Part shown: positions 63,146 to 64,000 of the stretch, in pieces | Numbering within the stretch: the stretch's first letter is position 1 | Layout of the letters: every line of letters begins with the position of its first letter | From: Nageia nagi | Taxonomy: Eukaryota > Plantae > Pinophyta | Direction: 5' to 3' | NCBI GenBank assembly: GCA_050084985.1 | Contig: JBITNC010000002.1 | Span: forward strand, 6,324,001 to 6,388,000 | DNA length: 64,000 nt | Notes under the pieces: model-generated | Database searches by the model: none | What the model was told of the DNA's origin: nothing | The model's input: the letters and a program-made list of their open reading frames with translations, nothing else | Translations under genes and position numbers: made by a program

Positions 63146-64000
63146 TGTTAGGTACCGAAAGGTTTTAGCCCATTCTTCAAGGAATTTGTTAGAAATCAGA
63201 AGCACACTGTAGTAACAGAAAGTAACTCAAAAGTAACACAGATCTTTATATTGAAATCCTTGCAATGTGCATGGAAAAATCACATGGCAATGTCATCATA
63301 GATCTTTTATTAATTTCAAAAATTCGCACTATTACAATGCCAAGAGGCATTCCCTAGTTATAGAAAAATAGGAAGGTTCCACAATAGTTGTGCATCTGAA
63401 AATAGGATTTAAAAAATTAGCCACAATTAATAATATCCATGCTAAATAATAGTTGTGCACTATTAATAAAAACATGCTAAAAATAATTGTATAGATGGGA
63501 AAAATTTCGATAAGGGGCTACCACCCTCGAACTCCATTCCCCTCCCGCCTTGGCTGCATATCAATGCAACAAATTTTGCACATCGCTCGTGGAGGTGGCT
63601 TGTCAAGGGGCACACCGTTATGCACCATACACCACCATGTTGCCGCACCCATGCACCACCATGAGAGATATGGATATTTGACTTCACCTCCTAACAAATT
63701 TCTTTTAGTGGAAAGCCCCACACGACATAGTAAAAACACCCTTCCTTTATATATGTAGGTGCCTTCGACTTACCTTGTTAGGGTACCTTGCCATCCTAGA
63801 TCGGTAGAAATATAAAAGCCAAAACCGACGTCCATGCCACTTGCTACAGCGCCAATGTCATGTCCATTCAAGATGTGCCCTACTTGTACATGTGTTGGCT
63901 CCAACATCTACTTGCTAAATACCTAGACCAAGCTAAGACTTGCCCTCAGTAAGAAAGAGCAAAAACTGTAGTTAATACATCATCATGGGGGATGTTCTGA
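63146..64000. mobile_element. Possible LTR-like insertion truncating the hAT, running off the window
   Basis: TGTTAG starts near 63146 and 63187 and transposase homology is lost; no second boundary visible. Confidence 0.3.

Overview
AT-rich, CpG-depleted plant nuclear DNA. TE-filled intergenic and intronic space and the repeat types suggest a gymnosperm (inference). All homology calls come from recognising motifs by eye; no searches were run. Two host genes look functional: a complete two-exon uclacyanin-type phytocyanin (minus strand, 14199-14832) and exon 1 of an At1g01970-like P-class PPR gene (48732-49244), whose intron appears to run past the window end. The rest is a nested TE landscape: three related decayed Ty1/copia elements (one with both LTRs and TSD, nested in an older copia), three solo LTRs with TSDs, a 7.8-kb LTR element with perfect TSD but no gag-pol (LARD-like) packed with tandem arrays, L1-type LINE remnants, a Mutator-like MITE and an intron-containing hAT transposase split by a solo LTR. 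Gene relics include a HAESA/HSL-like LRR fragment, an SDE2 fragment that the ORF track shows only in part, and a PLS-E+/DYW PPR pseudogene. Most unusual: (i) at least four tandem arrays and an inverted mosaic built from PPR coding fragments with shared chimeric junctions; (ii) the array-rich non-coding LTR element; (iii) an exact duplication of the PPR exon-1 end and splice donor whose frame depends on a (CT)n(AT)n microsatellite. No clearly new enzymatic system is supported.
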